From contig NIVC01001678.1 of assembly GCA_002269645.1 (NCBI GenBank), positions 186,001 to 250,000 of the forward strand: a stretch of DNA of 64,000 nucleotides, given 5' to 3'. The translations under genes were made by a program, and so were the position numbers. The DNA is from Macrostomum lignano (lineage: Eukaryota). Below, piece by piece: positions 12,128-24,375 of this stretch. Under the pieces are notes generated by a model. That model was not told where the DNA came from. It was given only the letters and a program-made list of their open reading frames with translations, and did not search any database. The first letter of the stretch is position 1; each line of letters begins with the position of its first letter.

Positions 12128-12930
12128 CAAATCATGATAATTTAGGCCTCTCAGTGCCCGTGGCGCACGAAGAGGTCCATTTTATTACCTGTAAATATAA
12201 CCTGGTCTCTCTCTTTCTACTTTTTACGACCGTTTACAGCTTTCACTCCCCGCCTGTTGCTAAATATAGCTTCTTAAGTGTTAGTCATTCCGTCTTCGTT
12301 ATTTCTCCCACTAGCAATTGGACAATTTTGTAGATTGTTGATTGTCTCTTATTCGTAGAATGCGAGCAACAATGTTAAACATCACTGCGCAGACTTGTAG
12401 CGCTGTAAAATCAATTAAAGCGTTCAATACGGTGGTTTTTGGTACGAGCGTATATTGATTAATAAAATACAGAACCAAAGTTGAGCACCAGGTTCGGATT
12501 GCAATTGTTGCTGAAACTACAAGCATTTTACAGCTGATTCTGAAACAGTTACCAGCAGTTATTGGTTGGGAATTGGGAATATCATATACCCTATTCAGGT
12601 GCGCTTGAGCTGCACGTCATATTCAACCTGTATAGTCCCAGGGTGGTGCTGTGCTCCTCCTAGTTTGCTCCGCTTCTGTATAGGTTGACTGTGAGGATTA
12701 TACACTGCGAAAGTACTTAGACCAGAATCTCAATTAAGTATTTTGACAGAACCTGTCTAGTGGCTCCGACACAGATCACTTCTGGGACGGCCGATCGACG
12801 GAGAAGCGTCGTCCACAACTTCAGCAACCGAATCAACAACTGCCTGAGACATTAGCGAAGCTGTGCCCGCTGCCTGCACACTTGATATCAGGCGAAAATC
12901 AGACGGAGCTCTTGGAATGCGTCGCAGTGC

Positions 12931-13147
12931 AAGCGGCAGCGGAAGCGGCAGCGGAAGCGGCAGCGGAAGCGGCAGCGGAAGCGGCAGCGGAAGCGGCAGC
13001 GGAAGCGGCAGCGGAAGCGGCAGCGGAAGCGGCAGCGGAAGCGGCAGCGGAAGCGGCAGCGGAAGCGGCAGCGGAAGCGGCAGCGGAAGCGGCAGCGGAA
13101 GCGGCAGCGGAAGCGGCAGCGGAAGCGGCAGCGGAAGCGGCAGCGGA
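12931..13147. repeat. 12-bp repeat (AAGCGGCAGCGG), ~18 copies
   Basis: Direct periodicity; reads (AAAE)n, (GS)n, (LP)n or (AAAS)n depending on frame. Confidence 0.95.
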
Positions 13148-15603
13148 GTTCGTTGAGTTGCAGCCAGCAGAGATGCTTTCAGGCAGTAACTTGTCAACCA
13201 TATCCGTTGTTTCTGTCATTGCAGAAAACTCTGCTTCTTCTCGCTAAGCGGTCTACAGTGTCAGAGACAGTTCGGGCGATGATGGACTCCTGTTTGACTC
13301 CCGACCCACAGGCAGCTATCAACTTCAATGGAAGAGATATGCGGAGTCCAGCTCGTCTGGCAGGAGTTAATACAGCTTTAACTGATTAGGATTTGGGCTT
13401 CAAAGTTACACTCCTGAATTATTTTCAAGGTGGGAATCATTTCATTGTGCAATATCATGAGCTTTATGAGTCCGCTCAAACGGCATTCCAATAATTCTCA
13501 AAAAACTTTGCAGAACTTTCATGCTGCAAGTTTTCGTAATTAAATCAGAAAAAAACTCAAACATGAATTTACTCCTAAATCAGCTACTGATGGTTGAAAT
13601 GTAATATTATTTAATACCTTTAGAGTTTGAATTATTCCTACATCTATCTATAAAACATTTATAAATATATAAATCTATCTATAAAAAACACACGCAGATG
13701 CCATCACGAGCTGTTTTGGACGAAGCCAAGCCAACAACGGCTAAGGTGCATGATATATGAAAAGACCAGTTGGATCGCGGTACGGACCGCTTAAAAGCGG
13801 CGTTACCGAGCAAGCCTGGCCAGAGACCCAGCGGGCACATCTATCTGCTACCGCCTGCACTACACCAGCAACCCCAACTCATCGGATCCACGCCACTGCT
13901 CACCAGGCGTCCAGCGCAACTGCAGCACCGGTGGACAGCAGAAAGCGTTAAGCATGTGCTGCAGGTGGGCATAGGTCAAAGAAGAATAAGCGTCAGTCGA
14001 TGCAATGCTTCGCCTATTCCCAGCAGGCCGACAATGACCCCGACGACGACCAGAATTGCACTAGCTCTAGCGACAGTGATGCAGAGAATTTGATGGATGA
14101 ACTAAGAGGAAATAGACGGAAATTATTTCAACTTTGAAAGCAGGGTCAGGTAACGTTTTGTCCTTAATTCCTTAATCCTTAATTTCACTTCACTTTGATA
14201 TGGATCCTTTTACAAATTAGGTAAATGCAAATTTACATATTCCTCAAGCATGAATCGTGGAGGTGTTTTCAAAATGGAAAATAAAGCGATTGCCCTTTAA
14301 TATTTCTGATATATTGTACTCGATTTTCTAATATTGACTGCCTTTGACTCTTACGAAATTGTAGGTTACAGTTATCATTAAAATCAAAGTTCATTGCAGC
14401 AGCAGGGCGGGGAGGAGCAGCAATGAACTTTGATTAATATGGCCCGTGGATACATACACCGGTATTTAGTTCCTTCCTACTACAAGTAGAGTAAATAGGA
14501 TTTACGTTGTTATTATTAATTCGACTGTCGAAGGGCGCAGGGTAAACGTAGTTGCCCCGACTGGACAAATTTTGCGCCAGTGCGCTAGACGCGCATCGAA
14601 GGGGCGTAAGATAAAACGTATGTTGAGACGTATAGAAATTGCTCCACTGGGTAAGAGATTGGTGTGTAAGAGATGTAAGTAGAAGTGGTGAGGTTTTCAT
14701 GTACAGTTTTGTGCAGAAAGGAATAGTTGTCAATAGCGACTAGGTGGGCATTGAAGTGACACATTTACGCTCTAGAAAGCTCCCATCCAGATTGAATGTA
14801 TTCTAACCAACGAATGCGCTCCAACTAGCAAAAGCTGAGGACACGACCCCAACTCAACCAATGAAAAACTGTTACGTACCATCCAATGCGATCAAGACTG
14901 AAAAGTACTATAAAAGCTTATGTTAACCAAGCAAGAAGCTCGCCCCTCTCCTCGCCCTAGCCTCTCTTTCGCCTCTCTTCTCCCTTCTCGCTATTCTAAC
15001 TACTTTTGATTAACACAGCTAGGGTCTCAACCCAAACACTAAAACTGATAAATTGACTCACTAAAACTAAAACAACAACCAACCCACGTTCCACAATAGA
15101 CGGAACCTTCGGTTCACCCGAACACTTAGAAACCCCTTGGAACTCGAACAAAACGAGCTTCTTATTTGGAATTCCATCTTAGGCATTATATTTTGTAAGA
15201 TACCATCTCGAGATTGTGACCATCAAATACAACGGTCTGTAAGTTACCATCAAGTGTTTGCATCATCAGGAAAAGTCAGTTGAATCCGCCGCCTTAGTTA
15301 TTTGGCTCTCACATTGATATTTGAAGTAGAACAAGAGCCATAGAAGTGAGAGACCAGAAGAAGAACAATGCCATAAATTTTAAAATATTTCAGTATGAGA
15401 TTTTGAGTACTGTTGAATCCACGTATAGGCAACGTAGTTCCCTTTTCCGAGAACAATAGAAGCTGTTCATTTAGACATAAAGCAAGTTCCCCTTTCAAGT
15501 ACAATAGACTCTTTGAGAGTACACACATGGCAAGTTCCCTTCTCAAAAAATACCAGCAAAATGCGGCGCTCCCCGCATTCCACAGCACCGATACCGAGCC
15601 AAA

Positions 15604-16934
15604 ATGGAAGCTCTTAGGAGAATATTGACAGCGATTGCAGCAGTTCTGATGCAGACCTTCGGACTTGATGAGACTAAGCCGGAGATCCTGAAAGACATTC
15701 GGTTCGGAAACACAAGAAAAATTTCGCGATACCTACAGAATCCTTCTAACGTTGATAGGCTCTTCAGAATCAATGCGATGACAATCTCACCGCTTCACTT
15801 TGCATGTGAAATGGGAAAAGTGAAAATTGTCAAAATGTTTATTCAAGCCAAAGCTGACGTCGATCTTCAACAAAGCGATGGCTGCTCACCTCTCTACATT
15901 GCATCAGCGGAGGGTCACCACCAAGTTGTGAGCTCACTCATCAAAGCACAAGCTGACGTCAATCTTCAACGAAACAATGGCGAGTCACCTCTCTACATCG
16001 CATCAGCGAAGGGTCACCACCAAGTTGTGAGCTCACTGATCAAAGCACAAGCTGACGTCAATCTTCAACAAGTCGATGGCTGCTCACCTCTCTACATTGC
16101 ATCGCATTATGGTCACCACCAAGTTGTGAGCTCACTGATCAAAGCACAAGCTGACGTCAATCTTCAAAAAGTCTATGGCTGCTCACCTCTCTACATTGCA
16201 TCACAGAATGGTTACCACCATATTGTGAGCTCACTCATCAAAGCACAAGCTGACGTCAATCTTCAACAAGTCGATGGCTGCTCACCTCTCTACATTGCAT
16301 CACAGAATGGTCACCACCAAGTTGTGAGCTCACTCATCAAAGCACAAGCTGACATCAATCTTCAAGAAGTCGATGGCGACTCACCTCTCTGCATTGCATC
16401 ACAGAATGGTTACCACCAAGTTGTGAGCTCACTCATCAAAGCACAAGCTGACGTCAATCTTCAAGCAGTCGATGGCTGCTCACCTCTCTACATTGCATCA
16501 CAGAATGGTCACCACCAAGTTGTGAGCTCACTCATCAAAGTACAAGCTGACGTCAATCTTCAACATGTCAATGGCTGCTCACCTCTCTACACTGCATCAC
16601 AGCAAGGTCATCACCAAATTGTAAGCTCACTCATTAAGGCACAAGCTGACGTCAATCTTCAACGAAACGATGGCCGCTCACCTCTCTACATTGCATCAGC
16701 AAAGGGTCACCACCAAGTTGTGAGGTCACTCATCAAAGCACAAGCTGACGTCAATCTTCAAGAAAACGTTCATGGCTCGTCACCTCTCTGGATTGCATCA
16801 CAAAATGGTCACCACCGAGTTGTGAGCTCACTCATCAAAGCACAAGCTGACACCAAGGTTGAGCATATTCATTATCAAGAAGTCGCTGAAAACACATCTG
16901 CTGTGGAAGAGCCACCGAAAGAGTCACTATTTGG
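15604..16934 (+). CDS. ANK-cGLR fusion gene, exon 1 (ankyrin exon V2, 11 repeats)
   Basis: Same architecture as V1; the ORF stop TAA (16936-16938) lies inside donor GG|GTAATT at 16935, phase 2, matching the acceptor at 19453. Confidence 0.85.
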
Positions 16935-18350
16935 GTAATTTTCAGTCATTAGATTTGTTTTCTTCATTTTTTCGTTTTTCATGTTTTTTCGTTTTTGATT
17001 CTTAATAACTTTTTTATTAGTTTTTACGGGTTCGAAGTAGATTGTATAATAGTACCATCAAGTAGTAATGAGAGGCGGTTCTGTAAGGTGGAGCACCGCG
17101 CAAGTAGTATTGGTATATATTGAGAATGAACATCAAGTGAATGAGAGAACGTCACAACCGAAGTGAGTGTGTATGGTCATCCTCAATATATACCAATAAA
17201 CTACTAAAAATATCTAGTTAGTGAAGCTGATGCAATAGGTAAAACAGCATCAGCAGCAAAGAACATATCTGATGCGAAGAAATCATACAGTAACATGTGT
17301 AAAGCAGGTGAGGAACTGGAATATATTAAAAAGAAACTTAGAGAAAAGGAAGCAAAGATAAGAATGCATGGAAGAAGAGCAGCAGATACAGTGTAGCCTC
17401 CTAATTAAACAAGGCTATTCAAGATATTGTTAAAATGGCTCGCTTCTAGGATCAACAGAACAGTCTCAAGTATCTTCAAGACAAGGCAATGGTTTGAAGA
17501 AATTCTCACATAAAAAATGAGCGAGAAAAATACTGAAGCAAGACTTAATCGCTGTATTGGTGAAGGAACTTCACGATATGTCAACTATAAATATAGCAAT
17601 TTTCTCGGTGTATTATAGACACTGTGGAGAGAATGAAAAAGTTCCCCTTTCCGAGTACAATAGTTGGAATGATAGGAATTTAAGGTTTTTAGTGGTGGCA
17701 GTGGCAGTGGCACTGCCATTTGTCAAAGTTGTTATGCTTTTATTTTATGATTGGAGTTTAAAGTTTTAAGGGTAGCTGAGATCACTACCTAGAAAATAGG
17801 GTTACATACAAAATCAGAATAGTTTGGAAACTGCCAGTGCCACATCTGCCACACACCTTGGGCTGTCCAAAGAGTGGTGCCACATGCCACCGAATTGGAA
17901 TTTAAGGTTTTTTACAGACCCCTATTTTTTAAGATATTTTGTAGTAGTATTGGTATATATTGAGGATGAACATCAAGTGAATGAGAGAACGTCACGACCG
18001 AAGGTAGTGTGTATGGTCATACTCAATATATACCAATACTACTCCCACCCCACCTCCGGATGCCCTACCCAACCCCTAGCCTGCCCCACCCTGTTGTGTG
18101 TGTACTGTGTGCACTAATATCGCTATTCTATTGACTTCGTACTTTAGTGTACTACACTGTCTACTAGTCTACTCACACCCCGACAATATATATCGGCTTG
18201 TTAACCCAGTGTCTGGGTCTAAGGGTTCTCGTAGCTTGCAACTAACATGACTTAGCTTATTTCACTCCGGCCCGCCCCACCCCACCTCCGGCCGGCCCCA
18301 CCCCACCTCCGGCCTGCCCCACCCCACCTCCGGCCTGCCCCACTTCAACC

Positions 18351-19151
18351 GGGGAGGCTTCACAAGCGCTAATTTTCATAACCGCTAACTCACCTACTTT
18401 CACAAGCGCTAAACTTCACAAGCGCTAAACTTCATAACTCACTTTCACAAGCGCTAAACTTCACAAGCGCTAAACTTCACAATAGCTACAAATTCGCCAC
18501 CTACTTTCACAAACGCTAAATTTCACAAGCGCTAAACTTCAGAATAGCGAAACCACCTACTTTCACAAGCGCTAAACTTCACAAGCGCTGAACTTCACAT
18601 TAGATACAAATTTGTCACCTACTTTCACAAGCGCTAAACTTCACAAGCGCTAAACTTCACAACCGCTAAAACACAAATGTCGCCTACTTTCACAAGCGCT
18701 AAACTTCACAAACGCTAAACCTCACAACCGCTAAAACACAAATGTCGCCTACTTTCACAAGCGCTAAACTTCACAAACGCTAACCTTTACAATCCCCAAA
18801 ACACGAATGTCGGTTTCTTTTACAAGCGCTAAAATGTTAATTTACTACATATACTAATATACTAATACTAATATACTATACTAATATACTAATATACTAT
18901 TTTAGCGCTTGTGAAAGTAGCCGACATTCGTATTTTAGCGGTTTTTAACGTTTAGCGTTTGTGAAGTTTAGCGCTTGTGAAGTTTAGCGATTGTAAAAGT
19001 AGGCGACATTTGTGTTTTAGCGGTTGTGAAGTTTAGCGCTTGTGAAAGCAGGTGGTTTCGCTATTATGAAGTTTAGCGCTTGTGAAGTTTAGCGCTTGTG
19101 AAAGTCAATGTCGTTAGCGGTTATGAAAATTAGCGCTTGTGAAAGCGACCC
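18351..19151. mobile_element. Second foldback-type element, inside intron 1 of the ANK-cGLR gene
   Basis: Arms of TTCACAAGCGCTAAAC repeats in inverted orientation around an AT-rich spacer (18841-18900); termini GGGG...CCC; direct repeat CTTCAACC at 18343-18350 and 19152-19159. Confidence 0.85.
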
Positions 19152-19453
19152 CTTCAACCTACCGCCTGCCCCACTTCACCTCCAGGACTAAAATCTAAAG
19201 TCTCATCCTTATCGCTAAATCATTCCATTTCCTACCTGCCAGCCATACAACAGACACTCTACATGGAAAGTCATTTAAAATTCGACAATTTTTCAGGAAC
19301 AAAACATGCAAACATTTGCTCTAAACTAAACTTAAAGGTTCAACTGCCTTCAATCAATTCATGCACTGTTCGGGAGAGCTGCCCTGTGCTACACAAATTA
19401 TTCTGTTAACCCTTCTTGAAGTGCACGTTTTTCACCAACAACTCACATTTTAG

Positions 19454-19803
19454 ATTCAGTCCCAGCGACTCAGAGCTGAGCGAGCAGCTGCACTCAGCAC
19501 TGGAGCAGTCAGGCTTCACCGAATCCCGAGCCGCATTGCAGAGCGCGGCTGCTGATGCCCTGCAGCAGATTCTGAGAAGTCGATTCAGATACGATGTCTT
19601 TTTTATCGTCGGCAGCTACTCAGAAGGCTGGGGCAACAGCCTGACGACACTGGACGGCAGAACTGACGCCCATTCCGACATTGATGTGATGCATTTGATT
19701 CCCGGCCGAAAATACCACCAGAGAGGCCTGTGCGAGTGCGATGGAGCTCCGGAGCAGCACGAGTTGGTGAACGGGCACATTCAGTGCTGCTCTGCAGGAT
19801 TGC
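19454..19803 (+). CDS. ANK-cGLR fusion gene, exon 2 (nucleotidyltransferase core: GSYSEG...SDID)
   Basis: Acceptor TTTTAG| at 19453 (phase 2; AGs at 19459 and 19465 are the same phase); peptide FFIVGSYSEGWGNSLTTLDGRTDAHSDIDVM carries the Pol-beta-superfamily GS and DxD motifs; donor C|GTGAGT at 19804 (phase 1). Confidence 0.85.
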
Positions 19804-20406
19804 GTGAGTTCTCTCTTGGGAAGTGAACTGGTCTGTAAGGTCTGTTAGTGATTGCTTGAGACTCTCGTAGTGCTGAAGTCTTCTTTTTGTGTGCAAAGCA
19901 TTGGTAGATTATGTGTAAAATGACAAGCGAAGGCAATTGCCGCCTAAAACTAAGTAAAGGGGAAAACCCGGAAAGTTAACAAAACACGGAACATATTTGA
20001 TGAGTGATAAAATATTATTTAGTATTGAAAGTGCAAATTGACAGTAGAAGTTATTGTTTCAGAAGGTTCACAAAAAAATGGTTCAACCATGTCCTTGAGT
20101 TCTGTGTGCTGGTGTTGGTCTATTCTGGCAAGAATGTAAGAAAACTTGACAAGATTTTTTGTGTCAAATTTGAGTTGCATTGGTAAAAGAGGAGCAACAC
20201 AATGAAGGGTTCTGTGAAAAATTGCGCTTTCAGCAGTTTTTTGCAGTTTTTGGCAAGAAAGGTTCGCATCAAGGGAATTTTGTGTCATTTGGTTGAGCAG
20301 TTTTAGTATGTTTGGGTCAGCTGCATATTGCTCAATCAGTACAAAGCATCACTGCACATACTCAGAGCTGTATTTTGCCTCATCTGGAACTCAATCGTTT
20401 TTACAG

Positions 20407-21884
20407 CCTCCAATCCTGCTCATGCGACACCCGGATTCACACTGAGGCCAGCGCTGGACGATGTCTCCGCGTGCCATCTCTGCCGCTACCCGCCCATCAC
20501 GCCGCTGCTGCCAAACCGCGTCTCGAACATCCCCCCTCGGGTCCTGGAGGCTCTCCAGAAGGTTCTCACCTCCGCCTTATCGCCCTGCCACGTTGTGCAC
20601 GCAGCCTCTCCTGACCGAGGTGGCGAAGAGCTCCGCGTGAGCACCAGCTTCCTGGAGAACCGGATGCTGCGAAGTCTCTCTACCCTGCAAGGTCAACTGT
20701 TCGTCACACTCAAATACCTGGTCAAGAAGGTCATCTGTCACAAGAATGGCTTCAATCAGCAAGGCTTGAAGTCCTACCACGTGAAGACCATCACCTTCCG
20801 AATGCTGGACGAGACGCCGGTCGAGCAGTGGAAGAAGGAGAACCTCGTGAGTCTCACGAGACAGTCGCTGCAGATGCTGCTCGACTGTGTGGAGAAGAGC
20901 CGAGAGCAGGACAGACAAACACCTGACACACCTGACCGATCTCGGGGTCGCATCATGAATCATTTCTTTCTCAGCGATGCGGCCATCTACCTCAAGGGTG
21001 CGGACAAGGAGAGAGTGGACCAGCATTTAGACGGCATCATGAGCACACTGAGAACAGTAATCTATCGGCTGCCCCAACTGCTGCAGCAGTTCATCGGCAG
21101 TCTCAGACCTGTGAGCGACTCAGGCACATTCTACTTCCACCCGTTCCAAATCCTGCGGCTGCCGGATCTGAGGCCGACGCCCCTCACGGAGTCCAATACT
21201 CTCGAGTACCATCAGATCTACGACGTGGTGAGAGAGTGTCTGGTGCGTCTCTCTTGCAGTGACTGCAGCCCGCGATCTCAGGAGTCGCTCACAGAGCTGA
21301 TTGCCAGACTCCCAGACTGCGCCCTCTCAGCACGGGAGGCTCTCAGAGCGCTGGCTTGCCTGAAGTTCGGCTACCGAGGAACTGCAGAGAGAGTCGTGAG
21401 CTTGTGCTCAGGTCACTCGGTGAGCAGAGGCATCGCTTGGTCTCGTGAGAAGTCGGCGACTGAAGCGACTGTGGAGTTCGTGATGCAGCATCTGAGCAGC
21501 CGCGACTCGGCGTGGAAGTTCTGCTTTCGGTTCGACCAGCGACCGAAACTCGAATTCTTGACAGGAGATCTGAGGGAGTGCTTTCCCCTCCGGTTGTCAT
21601 TCAGTGCTGACTATTTCTACATGAACTTTGACGCTCTGCTGTGGGCTCTGCGGCTTGAGCTGCGGACTGATGGAGAAGCGCGCGCTCAAGACTGGATCCG
21701 GGATGTGGCGGAGAGAGAGGACTCGGATGAGCAGGAGCTGCTGGTTGCCGCTTTTTATACTTCGAATCCGGAGCTGCTCAAGGAAATAATAAAGAAGCTG
21801 AAGGTGATGAAAGCAGTTCTTCGTGATGGGCTGAAGAAGAGACTGCTGGAAAAATGGCCATTTTTAAGGGCTGAATGGCAGTAA
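20407..21884 (+). CDS. ANK-cGLR fusion gene, exon 3 (rest of Mab-21/cGAS-like domain plus C-terminal helical region)
   Basis: Acceptor TTTTTACAG| at 20406 (phase 1). Peptides LDDVSAC (candidate third acidic residue), ELRVSTSFLENRML, LKYLVK and LKSYHVKT match Mab-21/cGLR hallmarks. Full CDS 1331+350+1478=3159 bp = 1052 aa plus stop. Confidence 0.88.
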
Positions 21885-22042
21885 AAACTGTAGCAACTTT
21901 TTTATAACATAAAAAACTTTTGTGTCCCAGATGACGATGAGCTGGTAATTAATATGCCTTATATAACTTCATCCTTAATAACTTTGACTAGAACTGTTTA
22001 TATGTACATAAACAGCCAGAATATGTACATAAATTTGTCAAC

Positions 22043-22048
22043 AATAAA
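22043..22048 (+). promoter_or_regulatory. Polyadenylation signal AATAAA of the ANK-cGLR gene
   Basis: About 160 bp after the stop and followed by U-rich sequence. Confidence 0.5.
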
Positions 22049-23102
22049 GTTAACCAATTCTGCTTTCCTTTTGCACTCTTGTGTTTTAAATCATTCCAAT
22101 TCCTATTCACCTTGCTCTAGTAAAAATATTTAAATAATTCACAAAATTATTGCAAGACTTTTAAATATTTATTTCGCTTTGTTGAAATGTTCCCATAATC
22201 GTTTTCAGCTTCTTTCGTCAATATTTAATTTAATTATTTGTTATTGGTGTCCTGTTACTCACATTCATGAAAATTCCATCTAAGGAAGAAGTGCACTGTT
22301 TGAATTTTACTTTCCATGCTTCATTTAAAAATTAGAGTTTAGTCAGTCAGTGTAAGCCCTCGTTTCCTTTGTTCTGATTAGCTTAATCTCTTTGGAGTTT
22401 ACACTTAAGATCGCCTATGGCTGTAATCTCCTTGAACACAATTGAAGACTTGATTTCTTATCCAAACAGAGATATCAGTAACTACGGGGGCGAAGGCTAG
22501 ACGGTTAGACTTAGCGGATTACTCTGGTTGCGTTAGAGCATCTGGTCTCCGCTTGTCAACCGTCCAGGTCAAGTTGCCGCCTCGCCTTTGATGTCTGTCT
22601 GAAATTGATGAGAGCTGCTGTAGCTTTGCCATGCGCTGCGTGCACTATTGTAGGCTCAGTCTATTTGCCCTTTCTATTGTTCTTGTTTTCCCATGCCTGC
22701 TCTAAGTTTAACTCTTACAGCCCCTATAGGCCTTACTTTTGTAGGCTGAAACTTCTAAATTTCTGAGCCGTATATCACTTCCCCCTTTTTGAAGTCCTTG
22801 CGTAGCAGCAGGATTTCCATCTTGCCTTCTCCTGGTGTGCGCTCTGACTTTTGTGAAACTGAAATTAATGGGGGTTAGAAATTCGCGGCGAAGTGCAGCT
22901 GCGAACTATCGTATTAAAGAAGAGGAAATATTCATCAAGAGGAATAATTGTTATATCAATATTGAATAGTGGCTACAGAAAAATGTAGCCAAGGCCTTAA
23001 AATCAGTCTTGCGTGTTCAATCCTTTGCTTTTCGGAGAGACAGAAGGTAGCGGACAAAACCTAAAAAAATATCCGCTATAGTCAGTCAGTCGGTCAGTCA
23101 GT

Positions 23103-24375
23103 CATTCTGGGGCTCCAATGCATTCTGGGACAATCTGGGGCTCCAATGCATTCTGGGCCAATCTGGGGCTCCAATGCATTCTGGGACAATCTGGGGCTCC
23201 AATGCATTCTGGGACAATCTGGGGCTCCAATGCATTCTGGGACAATCTGGGGCTCCAATGCATTCTGGGCCAATCTGGGGCTCCAATGCATTCTGGGCCA
23301 ATCTGGGGCTCCAATGCATTCTGGGCCAATCTGGGGCTCCAATGCATTCTGGGCCAATCTGGGGCTTCAATGCATTCTGGGCCAATCTGGGGCTCCAATG
23401 CATTCTGGGACAATCTGGGGCTCCAATGCATTCTGGGCCAATCTGGGGCTTCAATGCATTCTGGGACAATCTGGGGCTCCAATGCATTCTGGGCCAATCT
23501 GGGGCTCCAATGCATTCTGGGCCAATCTGGGGCTCCAATGCATTCTGGGACAATCTGGGGCTCCAATGCATTCTGGGCCAATCTGGGGCTCCAATGCATT
23601 CTGGGCCAATCTGGGGCTCCAATGCATTCTGGGCCAATCTGGGGCTCCAATGCATTCTGGGCCAATCTGGGGCTCCAATGCATTCTGGGCCAATCTGGGG
23701 CTCCAATGCATTCTGGGCCAATCTGGGGCTTCAATGCATTCTGGGACAATCTGGGGCTCCAATGCATTCTGGGCCAATCTGGGGCTCCAATGCATTCTGG
23801 GACAATCTGGGGCTCCAATGCATTCTGGGCCAATCTGGGGCTCCAATGCATTCTGGGACAATCTGGGGCTCCAATGCATTCTGGGCCAATCTGGGGCTCC
23901 AATGCATTCTGGGCCAATCTGGGGCTCCAATGCATTCTGGGACAATCTGGGGCTCCAATGAATTCTGGGCCAATCTGGGGCTCCAATGCATTCTGGGCCA
24001 ATCTGGGGCTCCGTGGATTCTGTGGCTCCAGTGGATTCTGGGGCTCCAGTGGATTCTGGGGCTCCAGTGCATTCTGGGGCTCCAGTGCATTCTGGGGCTC
24101 CAGTGCATTCTGGGGCTCCAGTGGATTCTGGGGCTCCAGTGCATTCTGGGGCTCCGTGGATTCTGGGGCTCCAGTGCATTCTGGGGCTCCAGTGCATTCT
24201 GGAGCTCCGTGGATTCTGGGGCTCCGTGGATTCTGGGGCTCCAGTGCATTCTGGGGCTCCGTGGATTCTGGGGCTCCAGTGCATTCTGGGGCTCCAGTGG
24301 ATTCTGGGGCTCCAGTGCATTCTGGGGCTCCGTGGATTCTGGGGCTCCAGTGCATTCTGGGGCTCCAGTGGATTC
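23103..24375. repeat. Compound minisatellite: 28-bp unit (CTGGGGCTCCAATGCATTCTGGGCCAAT) to ~24010, then related 17/18-bp unit (CTGGGGCTCCAGTGCATT)
   Basis: Direct periodicity; the long ORFs on both strands are repeat artefacts. Confidence 0.95.

Noticed and set aside
19416-19453. ORF-track N-termini of the cGLR pieces (19416 and 20328 starts)
   Set aside because: These are intron read-through upstream of the acceptors and begin at TTG codons.
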